Assembly (NCBI RefSeq): GCF_006345805.1
Contig: NC_043010.1
Coordinates: 26,536,001-26,600,000, forward strand
Length of the DNA stretch: 64,000 bases
Reading direction: 5' to 3'
Source: Octopus sinensis
Lineage: Eukaryota
The notes under the pieces were generated by a model. The model did not search any database. It had not been told where the DNA came from and saw nothing but the letters and a program-made list of their open reading frames with translations. Positions 1 to 13,390 of this stretch are shown here, piece by piece. Every line of letters begins with the position of its first letter. The first letter of the stretch is position 1. Position numbers and translations under genes: made by a program.

Positions 1-2022
1 TGCTGAAGAAAGATCTAAACAAGGGGAATGTAATAGATAACTTTAGGCCCATCACTGCTTAATGCAGACTTGAAAATTTTGGCCAAGGTGTTAGCCAAGA
101 GGTTGGCGCTTGTCATCGAGAAACTGGTCGCCAAGGCGCAAACATGCATCGTGCTGGGCCGGAGCATCCATGACAACCTCCACGTGATGCGCTTTATCAT
201 AGACAGGGTAATTAAGAAACCTGGCATGGGTGGGGCGCTGATCAATTTGGATCAATCGAAAGCTTTCGATAGGGTAGACCATCAATACTTGGAGGCTGTC
301 CTCAGAGCGGCTGGTTTCGGTCCTGTCTTCCGCAGCTGGATAGCCGCCTTGTACAGAGGCATCCGTTCGGTAATTCGGGTAAATGGACATCTATCGAGAC
401 CTTTCGACATCGCACGTTCGGTCCATCAGGGATACCCTCTCTCGTCGCTTCTATACATATTGACTCTCGAGCCATTATTGCAGAAGCTGGCAACTCTGAG
501 GGGCATCCCACGAGAACTGGGATGCGGGACGAGCGTGTCTGCATACGCGGACGACGTCACCATCATAGTGTCTAGCCACGAGCACATCAAGCAGGTCAGC
601 GAGACACTAAAAAACTACGAAGCGGTGACAGGTCCCAACCCTACCATCACCAAACTAGAACGCATTCTCTTTCGCTTCTTGTGGAAAGGATGCGTCCCGA
701 TGGTCAGGCGATCCATTTGCTGTCAACACCCGTTAAAAGGAGGACTGGGCATGCCGTGGTTGATGATGCGCAGACACGCACTGAGACTGCGACACCTCAG
801 GCTCTACGTAGACGACGGTGAACAGGTGTGGTCGCCGTTTGTGAGGCACGCTTTCCCGCAACTCATCTCCATGACCAAACTGCAGTCGTGGATCAAAAAG
901 AGGCCAAGGAAGGGTGAATGGCACCACGAGTGTCGCGTTGCTCTCAAGCAACTCTGCCATCCCGGGTCGACCTTGAGTGACTCCAACACAACCCAAGCAT
1001 TCTATAGGGGATTAGTGGAGGGGAGGTACGACGATGAGCTCAGGGCGAACCTGGACGTTGACGAGGAATACCTGACCAGCCTGTTTGGGATGACTTTCGG
1101 GCTAGGGCCCATGGACAACTTCCAGAGATCCCTGGTCTGGTAGTGTTACCGAGAAGCGGTACCCATTCGGGGTAAGCTCTACAGACACGGCTCGAGAAAC
1201 ATGGGGCCGACCTGCCCGAGATGCGGTCAGAGCGACGAAACCATTCTGCACACACTCGTGCAGTGTCCAACAATTTCCAACCTCTGGGCTTATGTCAAAC
1301 AACTGCTATCACGTGTGGGACGAGTCGGTTTATCAGCTGAGTCTATCATCAATATTGTCACGCCTCCTTCCTTCAAACGGGAAGGAAGAGCTTGTGGCTA
1401 TGGCGAAAGAATGTATCTGGTGGATGCGTCTGAAAGGATTGGAGACGAACACTTTCCTCTCTGGTCAATCTCTCATCAACTTCTTCAAGTATCACTTGAA
1501 AAGGAAAGTGAGAGTAGAGAGGCAAGTTTCGTCTAGCAAATGTTTTAAAAAAAGATGGGTGAATGTAGCAAGGATGGCACGTATGAATGACGAAGCCACC
1601 TTGAGCATAATCCTATGAACCCAGAAATTGAAAACAGAGAGTTACCCACTTGCAAACAAATGTGGTAACATGTAACAATATTGACTGAGGTTACCATGGT
1701 CTTTTCCGTAGGCTTTTCTTCCCACGGATAAACCTTATCTGCTTCCCCCTTTACACCATACATCATGACACTGTGATACACGATCCCTATTGATTGGGTT
1801 TTTTTCCCCCTTTTTCCTTTCTTTTTTTCTCCTTTTTTTCTTTTTTCTTTTCATTTTGTTTCTTTTCCCTTCTTTTCTTTTTTTCTTCTTTCCCTCTTAC
1901 AATACTTTTTGATCGAAAACCTACCCCACTTTTTTTTCTTATTTTTTCTCCAAAAAAAGAAAAGCTCTACTTTGTAATCTGTGCCGTCTGTGTGCAGCCC
2001 TGTGTGGCTAATAAAGAAACAT
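1..2022 (+). mobile_element. Tx1/L1-clade non-LTR retrotransposon, 3' part (RT, zf-RVT-like CCHC motif, 3' UTR), decayed
   Basis: ORF 70-1143 has RT motifs (NLDQSKAFDRV, QGYPLSSLLY, AYADDV). The C-terminal CPRCGQSDETILHTLVQC follows at ~1213. There is a stop at 1141, a frameshift near 1390 and an apparent in-frame deletion near 630. The 3' UTR ends AATAAAGAAACATA, then (TCTA)n. Confidence 0.9.
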
Positions 2023-2067
2023 ATCTGTCTATCTATCTATCTATCTATCTGTCTATCTGTCTATCTG

Positions 2068-2100
<33 letters not shown>

Positions 2101-2672
2101 GCCGAGTCTATCGTCAATATTATCATGTCTCCTTCCTTCAAACGGGAAGGAAGAACTATTTTCATCATACTTGTGGCTATGGCAAAAGAATGTATCTGGT
2201 GGACGCGTCTAAAGGATTGGAGATGAACACTTTCCTCTCTGGTCAATCTCTCATCAACTTCTTCAAGTACCACTTGAAAAGGAAAGTGAGAGTAGAGAGG
2301 CAAGTTTTGTCTAGCGAATGTTTTAAAAAAAGATGGGTGAATGTAGCAAGGATGGCACAACAAATGTGGTAACATGTAACAATATTGACTGAGGTTACCG
2401 TGGTCTTTTCCGTAGGCTTTTCTTCCCACGGATAAACCTTATCTGTTTCCCCCTTTACACCGTACATCATGACACTGTGATACACGATCCGTATTGATTG
2501 TTTTTCTTTTGTTTCTTTTCCTTTTTTGTTTCTTCTTCTTCTCCTTTCCTTTTTACAATCCCTTTTGATTGAAAACCTACCCCACCTTTTTTTCTTTCCC
2601 CAAAAAAGAAAAGCTCTACTTTGTAATCTGTCCTGTCTGTGTGCAGCCTTGTGTGGCTAATAAAGAAACATA
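2101..2672 (+). mobile_element. Second, 5'-truncated copy of the same Tx1-like element, in tandem
   Basis: Matches 1337-2022 with different indels. It has the same 3' end (GGCTAATAAAGAAACATA) and is flanked by (TCTA)n on both sides. Confidence 0.9.
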
Positions 2673-2738
2673 TCTATCTATCTATTTATCTATCTATCTT
2701 CTTGTCTGTCTGTCTGTCTATCTATCTAATCTATTCAC

Positions 2739-2792
<54 letters not shown>

Positions 2793-2964
2793 GCGTAGGT
2801 GTGGCTGTGTGGTAAAAAGCTTGCTTCCCAACCATGTGGTTCCAAGTTCAGTCCCACTGAGTGGCAGTATGGGTAAGAAGCCTTTCATATATATATATGT
2901 TTATCAACTCATGTGTTACTTTTCTACCTTGCCATCACTAGTGATCACTCCAAACACCATGATG

Positions 2965-3640
2965 TTAACTGGATATTTGATTTTTATCACGCTCAGTACG
3001 TTTCATAGACACATCATTCCAACAGTTGTTTTGTGTGTTCACCATCTGATCCTCGGAGAAGTTTTTCTCATCTGAGAAAAACCAAAGCATGTTCAGTTGG
3101 TGAGGATACTTGACTTTGTTCAAAAGCTCCACAGCATGGTCTTTCCTCTTGTTCTTGATGGCTAGGGATAAAAATTGGCCCGTTCTCATCTTGTATGAGA
3201 AATGCCATATGTCTTCATACACTGCCTGCCTGATAAGAAACTCAGACACACCCATGTTTCTAGCAGTAAGCCTGATTGACTTGGAGGGAATGTTGTCAAT
3301 CATGGCCTGGATCTCACCAACAAATTCAGGAGTTCTTATCAGAATGATCAGAGGGAATTTCCTGAGCTGCTGTACCTTCATAATCATCATTAGAAACATC
3401 CAACGCTTTCTGAATCCTCTGCACTGTCCTCAGATTGACACCTAAGCGCTCTGATTTGCTGAGCAGGACAGCATTTCATTTCCAAATTTCTGGCAGAGTG
3501 CATTGTGTCATGGTGCTGTTTTTCTCACAGATGGTGTCCAACTGACCCTACTATACTGTGTAGTCAAAAAAATCAAAAACAAACAATGCACTTGCATGAA
3601 ATTAAAACTGTAAAATGGCGACAATTTACCCACTGCACCA
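2965..3640 (-). mobile_element. Tc1/mariner-superfamily transposase remnant (DD37D/maT-like)
   Basis: ORF 2965-3399 has an HTH-like segment (PSKSIRLTARNMGVSEFLIR) and the first catalytic Asp motif WFFSDEKNF. Upstream boundary approximate. Confidence 0.7.
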
Positions 3641-3952
3641 TACACACACACACACGTACACATGTATGTATATATTTATGTATGTGTTTGTGTGTCTGTG
3701 TTTGTCCCTGCCATCATCACTTGACAACCGATGTTGGTCCTTGTAACTTGGCAGTTAAGCAAAAGAGACTGATAAGATAAGTACTGGGCTTACAAAGAAT
3801 AAGTCTGGAGTCAATTTCTTTGACTAGAAAACCCTTTAAGGTGGTACTCCAGTATGGCCAGTCAAATGACTAGAACAAGTAAAAGAATGTATATGTATGT
3901 GTGTGTATATATATATATATTATACATATATATATATGAATATGTATATATA

Positions 3953-3994
<42 letters not shown>

Positions 3995-4119
3995 ATATAT
4001 ATATATATATGTGTGTGTGTGCATATATATATGTATGTATATATAGATATATATATGTATGTATATATATATGTATATAGATAGATAGATATATATATAT
4101 TATACATATATATATATGA

Positions 4120-4157
<38 letters not shown>

Positions 4158-4171
4158 ATATATATATATAT

Positions 4172-4208
<37 letters not shown>

Positions 4209-4337
4209 CACACACACACACAACACACACACACACATACAATTTTAAAATAGGATAGAATCTTTATAAGAATTTATCAAGTAGTTAGCGTGAAAAAACC
4301 TCATAAGAGAAAAATCCATCAATTTCTCCCTTAAATA

Positions 4338-4470
4338 TATATATTTATATTATATAGAGGGTATTACTATACATAAATGCCACACACTAAGAGGGACTCT
4401 TACTTTAAGAGTCCCTCCTAGTGTGTGACATTTATGTATAATAATGCCCTCTATGTAATATAAATATATA
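4338..4470. repeat. Fold-back palindrome ending an AT-rich dispersed repeat (non-inverted relative at ~29176-29340)
   Basis: Arms 4338-4402 and 4406-4470 around the loop CTT. The preceding sequence and left arm match 29176-29315. Confidence 0.85.
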
Positions 4471-7052
4471 GCTGGGAATTCCTACGGGACAGCTTGCTGA
4501 GTGCCACAGACCAAGTCTGTGGATGGTGCAAAGTCCCTTCCAGACCTAGAGTTACGTGGTGGTGGAATAGTACAGTAGACAAAGCCATTAGTGCAAAGAA
4601 ACAGGCCTGGAAAGCCTAGAGGGATGGGGGTAGCAGGGAACTGTACCAGGTAGCCAAAAGGAAGGCTGGGCGGCAGGTATACATAGCCAAAGATGTAGCA
4701 GAAAAGAAGAAGTTTGCCAATGTCCAGCGACGTGAGGACCAAAGAACTGAGATATTTCGGATTGCCAGACAGTGTGTGAGAGAAAATAGTGATGTTACAG
4801 GAGAGAAATGTGTCCACATGGATGATGAGGCACTTGCTTTTAATGTTGGTGAAAAGAAAGAGGCTTGGAGAAGCCATTATGAAAGACTGCTGAATGTGGA
4901 GAATGAATGGGAGGTGGAGAGCCTGCCAAATGTTGACCCAGTAGAGGGACCAGCTATCCGAATAGACTGCTCCCTTGTAGTTAAGGCAATTAAGGGTATG
5001 AAACCAGGTAAAGCCCCCGGCCCATCAGGAATCACTGCTGAGATGCTTAAAACAGCTGGTTATGTGGGCTATGGCCTAGTCACCCGCATTGTAAACCAGG
5101 TAGTTCATAATGGAGTCATACCCAATGACTGGCGTAGCAGCACCATAGTCAACTGCTACAAGGGTAAAGGTGATGCTCTAGATAGAAATAACTACAGGAG
5201 TATTAAACTGTTGAATCAGGTGATGAAGGTCACAGAGAGGGTCATAACCCATGTCATTAGGGAGAGAATTTGCTTAGATGAGATGCAGTTCGGTTTTGTG
5301 CCGGGTAGAAGCACCACTGATGCTATATTCCTGGTCCGACAACTGCAGGAGAAATACCATAGCTTTTGTGGACTTGGAGAAAGCCTTTGACAGGGACCCC
5401 CGATCCCTTATCTGGTGGTCGATGCGGAAACTGGAGATTGATGAATGGCTAATAAGGGCTGTACAGGCCCTATACAGAGAGGCTGTCAGCAAGGTTAGGA
5501 TTGGCAACGAATATAGTGAAGAATTCCGGGTAGAAGTAGGTGTACACCAAGGCTCAGCCCTGAGTCCCCTTTTATTCATCATATCCCTCCAGGCAATAAC
5601 AGAGGAATTCAAAACAGGTTGCCCTTGGGAGCTCCTCTATGCTGATGACCTGGCTCTCATAGCAGAATCACTACCGGAACTAGAAAAGAAATTTCGGGTG
5701 TGGAAGCAAGTGTTAGAATCAAAGGGCCTTAGAGTAAATGTAGCAAAGACCAAAGTTATAGTAAGCAGAAAGGTGAACTTAGCACACACCCCCTCGGGCA
5801 GGTGGCCCTGCTCGATCTGTAGGGAAGGTGTAGGTAGAAACTCCATAAGATGCACCCAGTGTAAGCTATGTACGCATAAGAGGTGCAGCAACATCAAAGG
5901 GAAATTAACTGATAAGATAGCTTTCATGTGCGGCAGATGCACAGGGACAATAGACACCACAGATACTCAGAAAACAGATTCCATCACACTCCAGGGGGAG
6001 AAACTAGAAGTAGTTGATAGTTTCCGCTACCTGGGTAGCCAAGTTAGTAGTGGTGGTGGATGCTCAGAGAGTGTCACCAACTAGAATACGAATAGCCTGA
6101 GCAAAGTTCAGAAAGCTCCTACCCCTACTGGCGACAAAGGGTCTCTCGCTCAAAGTGAAAGGTAGATTGTATGACGCATGTGTGCGAACTGCCATGCTTC
6201 ACAGTAGTGAAACATGGGCTGTGACTGCAGAGGACATGCGTAGACTTGAAAGAAATGAAGCTAGCATGATCCGCTGGATGTGTAATGTCAGTGTGCACAC
6301 ATGACAGAGGGTAAGCACCCTGAGAGAAATGGTGGACATAAGAAGCATCAGATGTGGTGTGCAAGAGCGACGCTTGCAATGGTATGGTCATGTACTGCGG
6401 ATGGATGAGGAGAGATGTGTGAAGAAGTGCCACTCCCAAACAGTTGAAGGTATCAGGGGGAGAGGTAGACCCAGGAAGACATGGAATGAGGTAGTCAAGC
6501 ATGACCTCAGAGCGTTGGGCCTCACTGAGGCAATGGCGAAGGACCGAGATCTCTGGAGTTATGCTGTCACTGCAAAGACCCGGGCTGCTTCCTGCACCAG
6601 TTCCACATAGCCCCTGCCCATTCAAAGTACCTTGGATTCCAGAACATCCCTCTGTGATTGAGGAGACCTGTTGAGTCAAGTGCATGTACATGAACATCGA
6701 AACAAATATCAATGGAAATAGTAGTTGTGATACCTGTACCGGTGGCACATAAAAAGCACCATCCGAACGTGGCCATTGCCAGTGCCGCCTTGGCTGGCTT
6801 CCGTGCCAGTGGCACGTTAAAAGCACCAACCAATCGTGGCCGATGCCAGACTCCCCGGCACCTGTGCAGGTGGCACGTAAAAAGTACCCACAACACTCGT
6901 GGAGTGGTTGGCATTAGGAAGGGCATCCAGCTGTAGAAACACTGCCAGATCAGACTGGAGCCTGGTGCAGCCCCTGGCTTCCCAGACCCCGGTCGAACTG
7001 TCCAACCCGTGCTAGTGCGGAAAACGGACGTTAAACGATGATGATGATGATG
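4471..7052 (+). mobile_element. RTE-clade LINE (RT with an inserted Cys-rich PHD-like finger), 5'-truncated and frameshifted
   Basis: ORFs 4776-5390, 5278-6084 and 6329-6610 contain KAPGPSG, QFGFVPGRSTTDAIF, FVDLEKAFD, HQGSALSPLLF, LYADDL and RGRGRPRKTW. The 3' UTR carries hairpin repeats and a (GAT)n tail. Confidence 0.92.
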
Positions 7053-7417
7053 ATATATATATAAATATATATATTTGGCTGGCTTGCAAACAATTTCCCT
7101 CAACAAATTCACAATTAAGGCCCTGGGCCTGGAGCTATAATAGGAGATTTTTTCCCAAGGTGCCATCCAGTGGGACTGAAACCAAAACCAAGTGGTTGGG
7201 AAACAATCTCCTCAACCACATACAAGCATGTGTGTGTGTGTGTGTGTGTGTGTATATAAATAAATGGAGTTTAATGCAGGTATAATTCCACGTAAACCCG
7301 AAGATTCTACTTTTAAAAACAAGGAGTTACAACCTCTTTACTTGTGTGATTTTTTGCTACCCTGGTAACTATCTATTTTTCCGTGTTAATTGTTAACAAG
7401 GTAAAAATACACTCATC

Positions 7418-7448
<31 letters not shown>

Positions 7449-7670
7449 TTATAGTAATATAGGTCTAATTTCCATACTTTTCTATAGAGGGAACATCTCT
7501 GACACCTCTTTATTTATATCTTCAAATAACTGTTGAAGCCATTAGTTATAGTTCAATATCCAACATGACTCCATCTCTTTCTCACACGGATACCAGCATG
7601 ACTCTCCTAGATCAAATTTTTTCCACTCTATTCTTTTTTAAGTTCCTTGCATTATGGTTTCTTTCCTTCC

Positions 7671-7759
7671 TGCACTGAAGAGTACTCGGTGATATTTATT
7701 TTATTTAATTCAATCATGAATTTATATTGTTATATCTTTGTACGAAACGATCGTCTGCA
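7671..7759 (+). ncRNA. Minimal type-I hammerhead ribozyme
   Basis: TGCA-CTGAAGA-GTAC-(long AT-rich loop)-GTAC-GAAA-CGATCG-TC-TGCA. The core is intact, stem III is palindromic and the cleavage triplet is GUC. Confidence 0.75.
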
Positions 7760-7888
7760 AGAATTAAAGTTCTTATAAATTTTAACAACTTACTTCCTCC
7801 ATTTCTAAAGAATTTGATGGGATTTATGGAACTTCATTCCATAAATTCATCGTACATTATATACAAGTATATAAATATCTATCTATCA

Positions 7889-7930
<42 letters not shown>

Positions 7931-8103
7931 ATATATATATTATCAATAATAATAAGGGGTAAAATTAATTAATTAATTAGTAATTAAAATTTTACCAAGC
8001 AGTGTTCAGTATGTTAAAAGGACCATTTACGGTAAACTTAAAAATTACTTTATATTGCTGAACCCTAATTATATAAAGTAATGTTTAAGTTTACCATAAA
8101 TGG

Positions 8104-8154
<51 letters not shown>

Positions 8155-8340
8155 ATAGTGAGAATTTACAAAAAAAAAAACAAAAGATGAAGACGGGTGT
8201 GTAATCAGCAAACAGATGTATTAGTTTAATGCTCAGGAAGTGAGAAAGTCTTTTACATTTTGAGCCTATGCTCTTTGACAGAAGGGAACACAGAAATAAG
8301 CAGGGAGAGAAAACAGAAAAAGGTTTAGTGGCTAGCGATC
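8155..8340 (-). mobile_element. Solo pseudo-LTR fragment of the Penelope-like element, with decayed HHR (8249-8286)
   Basis: The reverse complement resembles 56110-56310 and contains CTGTCAAAGAGCATAGGCTCAAAATGTAAAAGA. Confidence 0.7.
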
Positions 8341-9004
8341 TATCATACACACACACACACACCCTCATCATCACCATCACCATTGTCATCATTTAACATA
8401 CTCCTTCCGTGATGGTAAGGGTTGGGCAGTTTGACTGGAGCTGGCAAGTCAGGAGACTATACCAAGCTCTAGCGTCTGTCCTGTTATGATTTCTATGGCA
8501 TGATGTCCTTCTGAATGCCATGCATTTTACAGAGTGTACTGGGTGCATTTTACATGGCACCAGCAGCAGTGAGAGAGGGAGAGAGAGAGGAGAGAGATAG
8601 TGGTGAGCGAGAGAGAAGAGAAAGAAAAAGTGGTGAAGATGTGACAGTGAGGTATACTCAAGTTACAGAGAAGACGGCCAGGGATTGGCCTGGGTGAGTG
8701 GGCAGGTACGTTCAGGGAAGTGGGGGATGAAGGGTGGGGGAATGTAGTGAACAGGCACAAATAGAAGGAGGAGGGCCACAGTGGTGGGGGTATATATTGT
8801 GAGGTGAAGAGATTCAACAGGGACATGCCATGTGCAGTAAGGTTTGCAAGGGTGCGAAGAGAGAGAAATGTAGTGAGTGGTGGTCCTGGGTTGAGGGAGG
8901 GGAGAGATGAGGAGTTAGGAAGGTGGAGTGGGGGAGCAGTTTAACAGGAACGGATTGCAAGCTGGAGCATGGCCATAACAATATACTTTTACAGCCTCAA
9001 TATG

Positions 9005-9592
9005 TATTATGTGAGTGTGTGTGTATGTGTGTGTGCATGTGTGTGTGTTATTGTATGTATGTGTTTGTGCATGTGTGAGTATGTGTGTGTGTGCATATGA
9101 ATGTGTGTGTGCGTATGTGTGCATGTGTTTGTGTGTGCATGTGAATGTGTGTGTGTATGTCTGCATGTGTGTGTGTGGGCATGTGTGTGTGAGCATGTTT
9201 GTGCATGTATGCGTGTGAGTGTGTGTGTGTGCAGGTGAATGTGTTTGTGTGTGAGTGTGTATGCACACGTGTGTGAGTGTGCAAGTGTGTTTGTGCATAT
9301 GTGTGAGTGTGCATGTGCATGAGAATGTGTGTGTGTGCATGTGTGTATGTGTGCATGTGTGAATGTGTATGTATGTGCATGTGTGTGTGTGAGTGTGTGT
9401 GTATTTGCATGTGTGTGAATGTGTGCGTATGCATGTGTGCTCATGTGTATATGTGTGTATGTGTGTGTATGAGTCTGTATGTGTGTGCATGTGTGTATGT
9501 GCATTTCTGTGTGTGCATGTGTGTGTGAGTGTGTATGTGTGAGTGTGTGTGTGTGTATTTAAGTGTGTGTGTAAGTGTATGTGTGTGTATGT
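9005..9592. repeat. Degenerate (TG)n/(TGCA) microsatellite
   Basis: Visible directly; it produces spurious His/Thr and Cys/Val ORFs. Confidence 0.95.
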
Positions 9593-10184
9593 GATTAGAT
9601 AGATTACTGAATTCATACTTTGTATTGATAGTGATCAAATCAATAGATTGATTGATCTTTCCCCAATATGAACAGTGGTACTTCATAGTCTTTGTTAGGT
9701 GGAATATGTGTGTGTGTGTGTGTGTGTGTAAGGATTGATACCTCTTACTGATTCTGACCATTCTAGTAATCAATGTTGGTAATAAATGATTCTAGTTAAT
9801 AAACCAGGTTGTCTCAGGCATGCTGATTGATGCTGATTAATGATTAATGAATGTTTTCTTGGCAGTGATTCATTAGGTCACATTTACATTTCCAACGGTG
9901 GGAAAAGCTGACTATGATAGACTAGCTTCCTATCCAGAGGTAGATCTATCTCACATTCTCTTATTTTTCACCTTTTATCCACTAATTATTTCAGTCGTTA
10001 GACTGCAGTCAAGCTGGGGCACCACCTTGAAGGGTTTTAGAGTCCATTTTTGTTTTAAGCCTGGTTCTTATTCTGTTTGTCTCTTTTCCCGATTAAATCA
10101 CAGGAACATAAACAAACCAATACCAGTCATCAAGTGGTAGTGCAGGACAAACACAGACACAAGACACACACAAACATGGATATC

Positions 10185-10822
10185 ATCATCATCGTTTAAC
10201 ATATGTTTTCCGTGCTGGCATGAGTTGGACGGTTCAACTGGGGTCTGGGAAACCAGGAGGCTACACCAGGCTCCAATCTGATCTGGCAGTGTTTCTGCAG
10301 CTGGATTCCTTTCCTAACACCAACCACTATGAGAGTGTAGTGGGTGCTTTTTATGTGCCAATGGCACAGGGGCCAGAGCAGGCTGGAATCGACTACATTT
10401 GGATGGTGCTTTTACATGACACCGGCATGGAAGCCAGTCAAGGCGGCACTGGCATCAGCCACGTTTGCATGGTGCTTTTTACATGCCACCAGCACAGGAG
10501 CCAGTCGGGGCGAGGAGGCTGGCATCAGCCACAACTACAATTTCCATTTGATTTTGATGTTGATGATGTTGCCGGTGTACTTGACTCAATCAGTCTCCTC
10601 AAGCACGGCATGTCGCCCTATGATCCAAAGGTACTTTTTTGTGAGTGAGCTGGTTATGCAACACTGGCATAGGCTACAGCTGTCATCTCACTTTATTTGC
10701 CTGGTCTTCTCAGTCACAGCACACACACACACATCCAGAGGTCTCAGTCTTTCGTCATTGCCTCTGTGAGGCCCAACGTTCAAAGGTTATGCTTCACCAC
10801 CTCATCCCATGTCTTCCTGGGT
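10185..10822 (-). mobile_element. RTE LINE 3' fragment
   Basis: Reverse complement of 6465-7050 (PRKTW..VVKH-encoding end, 3' UTR repeats, (GAT)n tail). Confidence 0.85.
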
Positions 10823-11273
10823 CATTTTCCGCTATCGGCCCAGTGACAGATTACAAGCATGTTCAAATATGAATGAAGAAGCATGACTTCTTCTCTTTTA
10901 CTATTTTAAGATATTGTATACCTTGAATTATGAATTGATGTGGATAAATGAAGGTAAATATATCTTAAAGTTATGCATATTTTTTCATAAAATATGGAGT
11001 ATACAACTGAAGATCATAGTATGTACTTATTTTAATTAAATTAAATTTTTTAAATTGATTTATTTAGTTTGTACATTGAACATGAAACCATGCTGACCTT
11101 AAGATAGACTTCATTTATCTCACTCACTTTACATCATTTTCATACAAAGGAGAAATGCCCTTGTGTTATTTAAAAACAACAGCCATTCAACACACATGGA
11201 GTTTGGTTCTTTTTAACTGCTCTTTTCTCCCTCTCTATATCTTTATGTATATATATATATATAATATATATAT

Positions 11274-11682
11274 ATAATAACAATTTAACAAATAAAACAT
11301 ATGCATACATACATAGATATATGAACATACCTACATCTATATGTATATATACATGCATAATTCGAAGGTTACCTTCGAAACACGCATTGAGTCGAACCAG
11401 GGGCAGCTGATGAAGGGGAATATTCCTTGTATTGTTTGTCTTGTACTCTGTTTTTTTGTTGTTAAAAAAAGTCTGTTTCCTTGTTTGTTTTTATGTTTTC
11501 GTTTCTTGTTGTGTTCTACGTTTATTTGTGGTGTCCTGTACTCATATATATAGATGCATGTATATATACATATAGATGTAGGTATGTAGATATATGTAAG
11601 TATGTATGCATATGTTTTATTTGTTAAATTGTTATTATATGACTGAGCGCCTCGCGTCGTTTCTAATCCTCCAAGTAAGTTT

Positions 11683-11685
<3 letters not shown>
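11274..11685 (+). repeat. Dispersed non-coding element with a 5' inverted segment; second copy at ~12236-12760 (-)
   Basis: 11274-11358 is the reverse complement of 11554-11638. The core CCTTCGAAACACGC..GCTGATGAAGGGG is shared with 12430-12483 (-). Confidence 0.75.
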
Positions 11686-11721
<36 letters not shown>

Positions 11722-12189
11722 ACAACAGGCTTTTTTCTGTTTCTATCAACCAAATTCACTTACAAGGCTTTGACTGGCCTGGGGCAATAGTAGAAAGGAA
11801 GTTACCCAAGGAGCTACACAGTGGGACTGAACCTGGAACCATGTTTTTGGGAAGTAAGCTTCTTACCATACAGGCACGTCTGTGCCTCTTATTCACTTTT
11901 TGTGTCTATATTAAGTGTTTGTATTTTTTTCCAAATAATCAAGAATTATGCAAGGTTTAGTGTGAAATATTTAATTTAAGAAAAGAAAAACTTTCCTTAC
12001 TATTTTGTTCTTTTATTCACTAATAAAAGGCAGATGCAGCAGAGTTGTATGAAACTTGCTTCCCAACCACATGGTTCCAAGTTCAGTGCCACTTTTTGAC
12101 AGCTTGGAGAAGTGTCTCTTACTATAGCTCCAGGCTGACCAAAGTCTTGTGAGTGGATTTGGTAGACAGAAACTGAAAGAAGCCTGTTG

Positions 12190-12236
<47 letters not shown>

Positions 12237-12999
12237 TAATAAATAAAATATATGCATACATACAAACATATATGTACGTACCTACATCTACATGTATATA
12301 TACATGCATATATAAATATATATACGTGAGTACAGGACACCACAACTAGACATAGAACTCAACGAGAAACGAAAATGGAAAAACCATTTTTTTACAACAG
12401 AAAAACAGAGTACAGGACATACTACACAAGGAAAAATCCCCTTCATCAGCTATCACTAGTTCGACTCTAGCGTGTTTCGAAGGCAAGGCAGAACACGACT
12501 CGCCAAACTAATCCTTCCTGCGAGAGAATTAAAATAAAATTACCTTGCAGAGGGGTAAAAACAAGCAAGAAAAAAATGTAGCACAAACAGGACGTAAAAA
12601 CGATGCAAATAAAACTACAAAATAAAATACAAGATAAAAATACATGTACAAGAAAATACAATACGAGAAATAAAAATAAACAAGAAAACAAACAAGAAAA
12701 CAAACGAAAAGTTCCAGATTATCTTTGCAGTTTCGGCTGGTTATACTCTTTGATCTCATATATATATATATATTGTGTGGGTGTATCTGTGTCCCCCCCC
12801 CACCCATCACTTGACAACTGATGTTGGTGTGTTTATGACCCCCGTAACTCAGCGGTTCAGCAAAAGAGACCGATAGAATAAGTACCAGTCTTACACAGAA
12901 TAAATCCTGTAGATCGATTTGTTCGACTAAAGCTGGTGCTCCAGCATGGCCACAGTCAAATGACCGAAACAAGTAAAAGAATAAAAGAATGAACATAAA

Positions 13000-13390
13000 A
13001 GGCATGCATGGCTGTATTGTAAGAAGCTTGCCTCCCAACCACATGGTTCTGGGTTCAGTCCCACTGCATGTCACCTTAGCTAAGTGTCTTCTACTACAGC
13101 CTTGAGTTGAAAATGCCTTGAGAGTGGATCTCATTGACAGAAACTGAAAGATGCCTGTCATATATATATATGAATAGATATATATCTACGTGTGTGACTT
13201 TGTGTCTGTGTTTGTCACCACTTGACAACTGGTGTTTGTATGTTTATGCTTGGCAAAAGAGACCGATAGAATAAGTACCAAGCTTTGAAAAAGAAAAATA
13301 GTAGTGAAGGGGTTCATTCATTCAACTAAACAAATTTAAAGGTAGTGCTTCAGCATGGCCACTGTCTAATGACTGAAACAAGTAAAAGAT
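13000..13390 (+). mobile_element. tRNA-derived SINE, family A (very abundant)
   Basis: tRNA-like head (TGGCTG..GGTTCAGTCCC) plus a conserved body ending CAAGTAAAAGA. Further copies or fragments lie near 2792, 3680, 11718, 12030, 12780, 16430, 17780, 18265, 22600, 23575, 24160, 28866, 34755, 40170, 44470, 47690, 48445, 49455, 51520, 59900, 60980 and 62040. Confidence 0.8.

Noticed and set aside
10911-10953. Possible + strand micro-exon (TTTTAAG|..GAAG|GTAAAT)
   Set aside because: Isolated 43-nt candidate in AT-rich DNA with no recognisable product; easily arises by chance.
11372-11432. GAAAC...CTGATGA order suggesting a type-II hammerhead (also ~12426-12483 on the minus strand)
   Set aside because: Stems I and III do not pair in either copy, and no GAAA follows the CTGATGA hairpin, so no complete fold could be built.
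13000-13075. tRNA-like sequences with A/B boxes at many positions
   Set aside because: These are SINE heads followed by the SINE body, with no intact cloverleaf.
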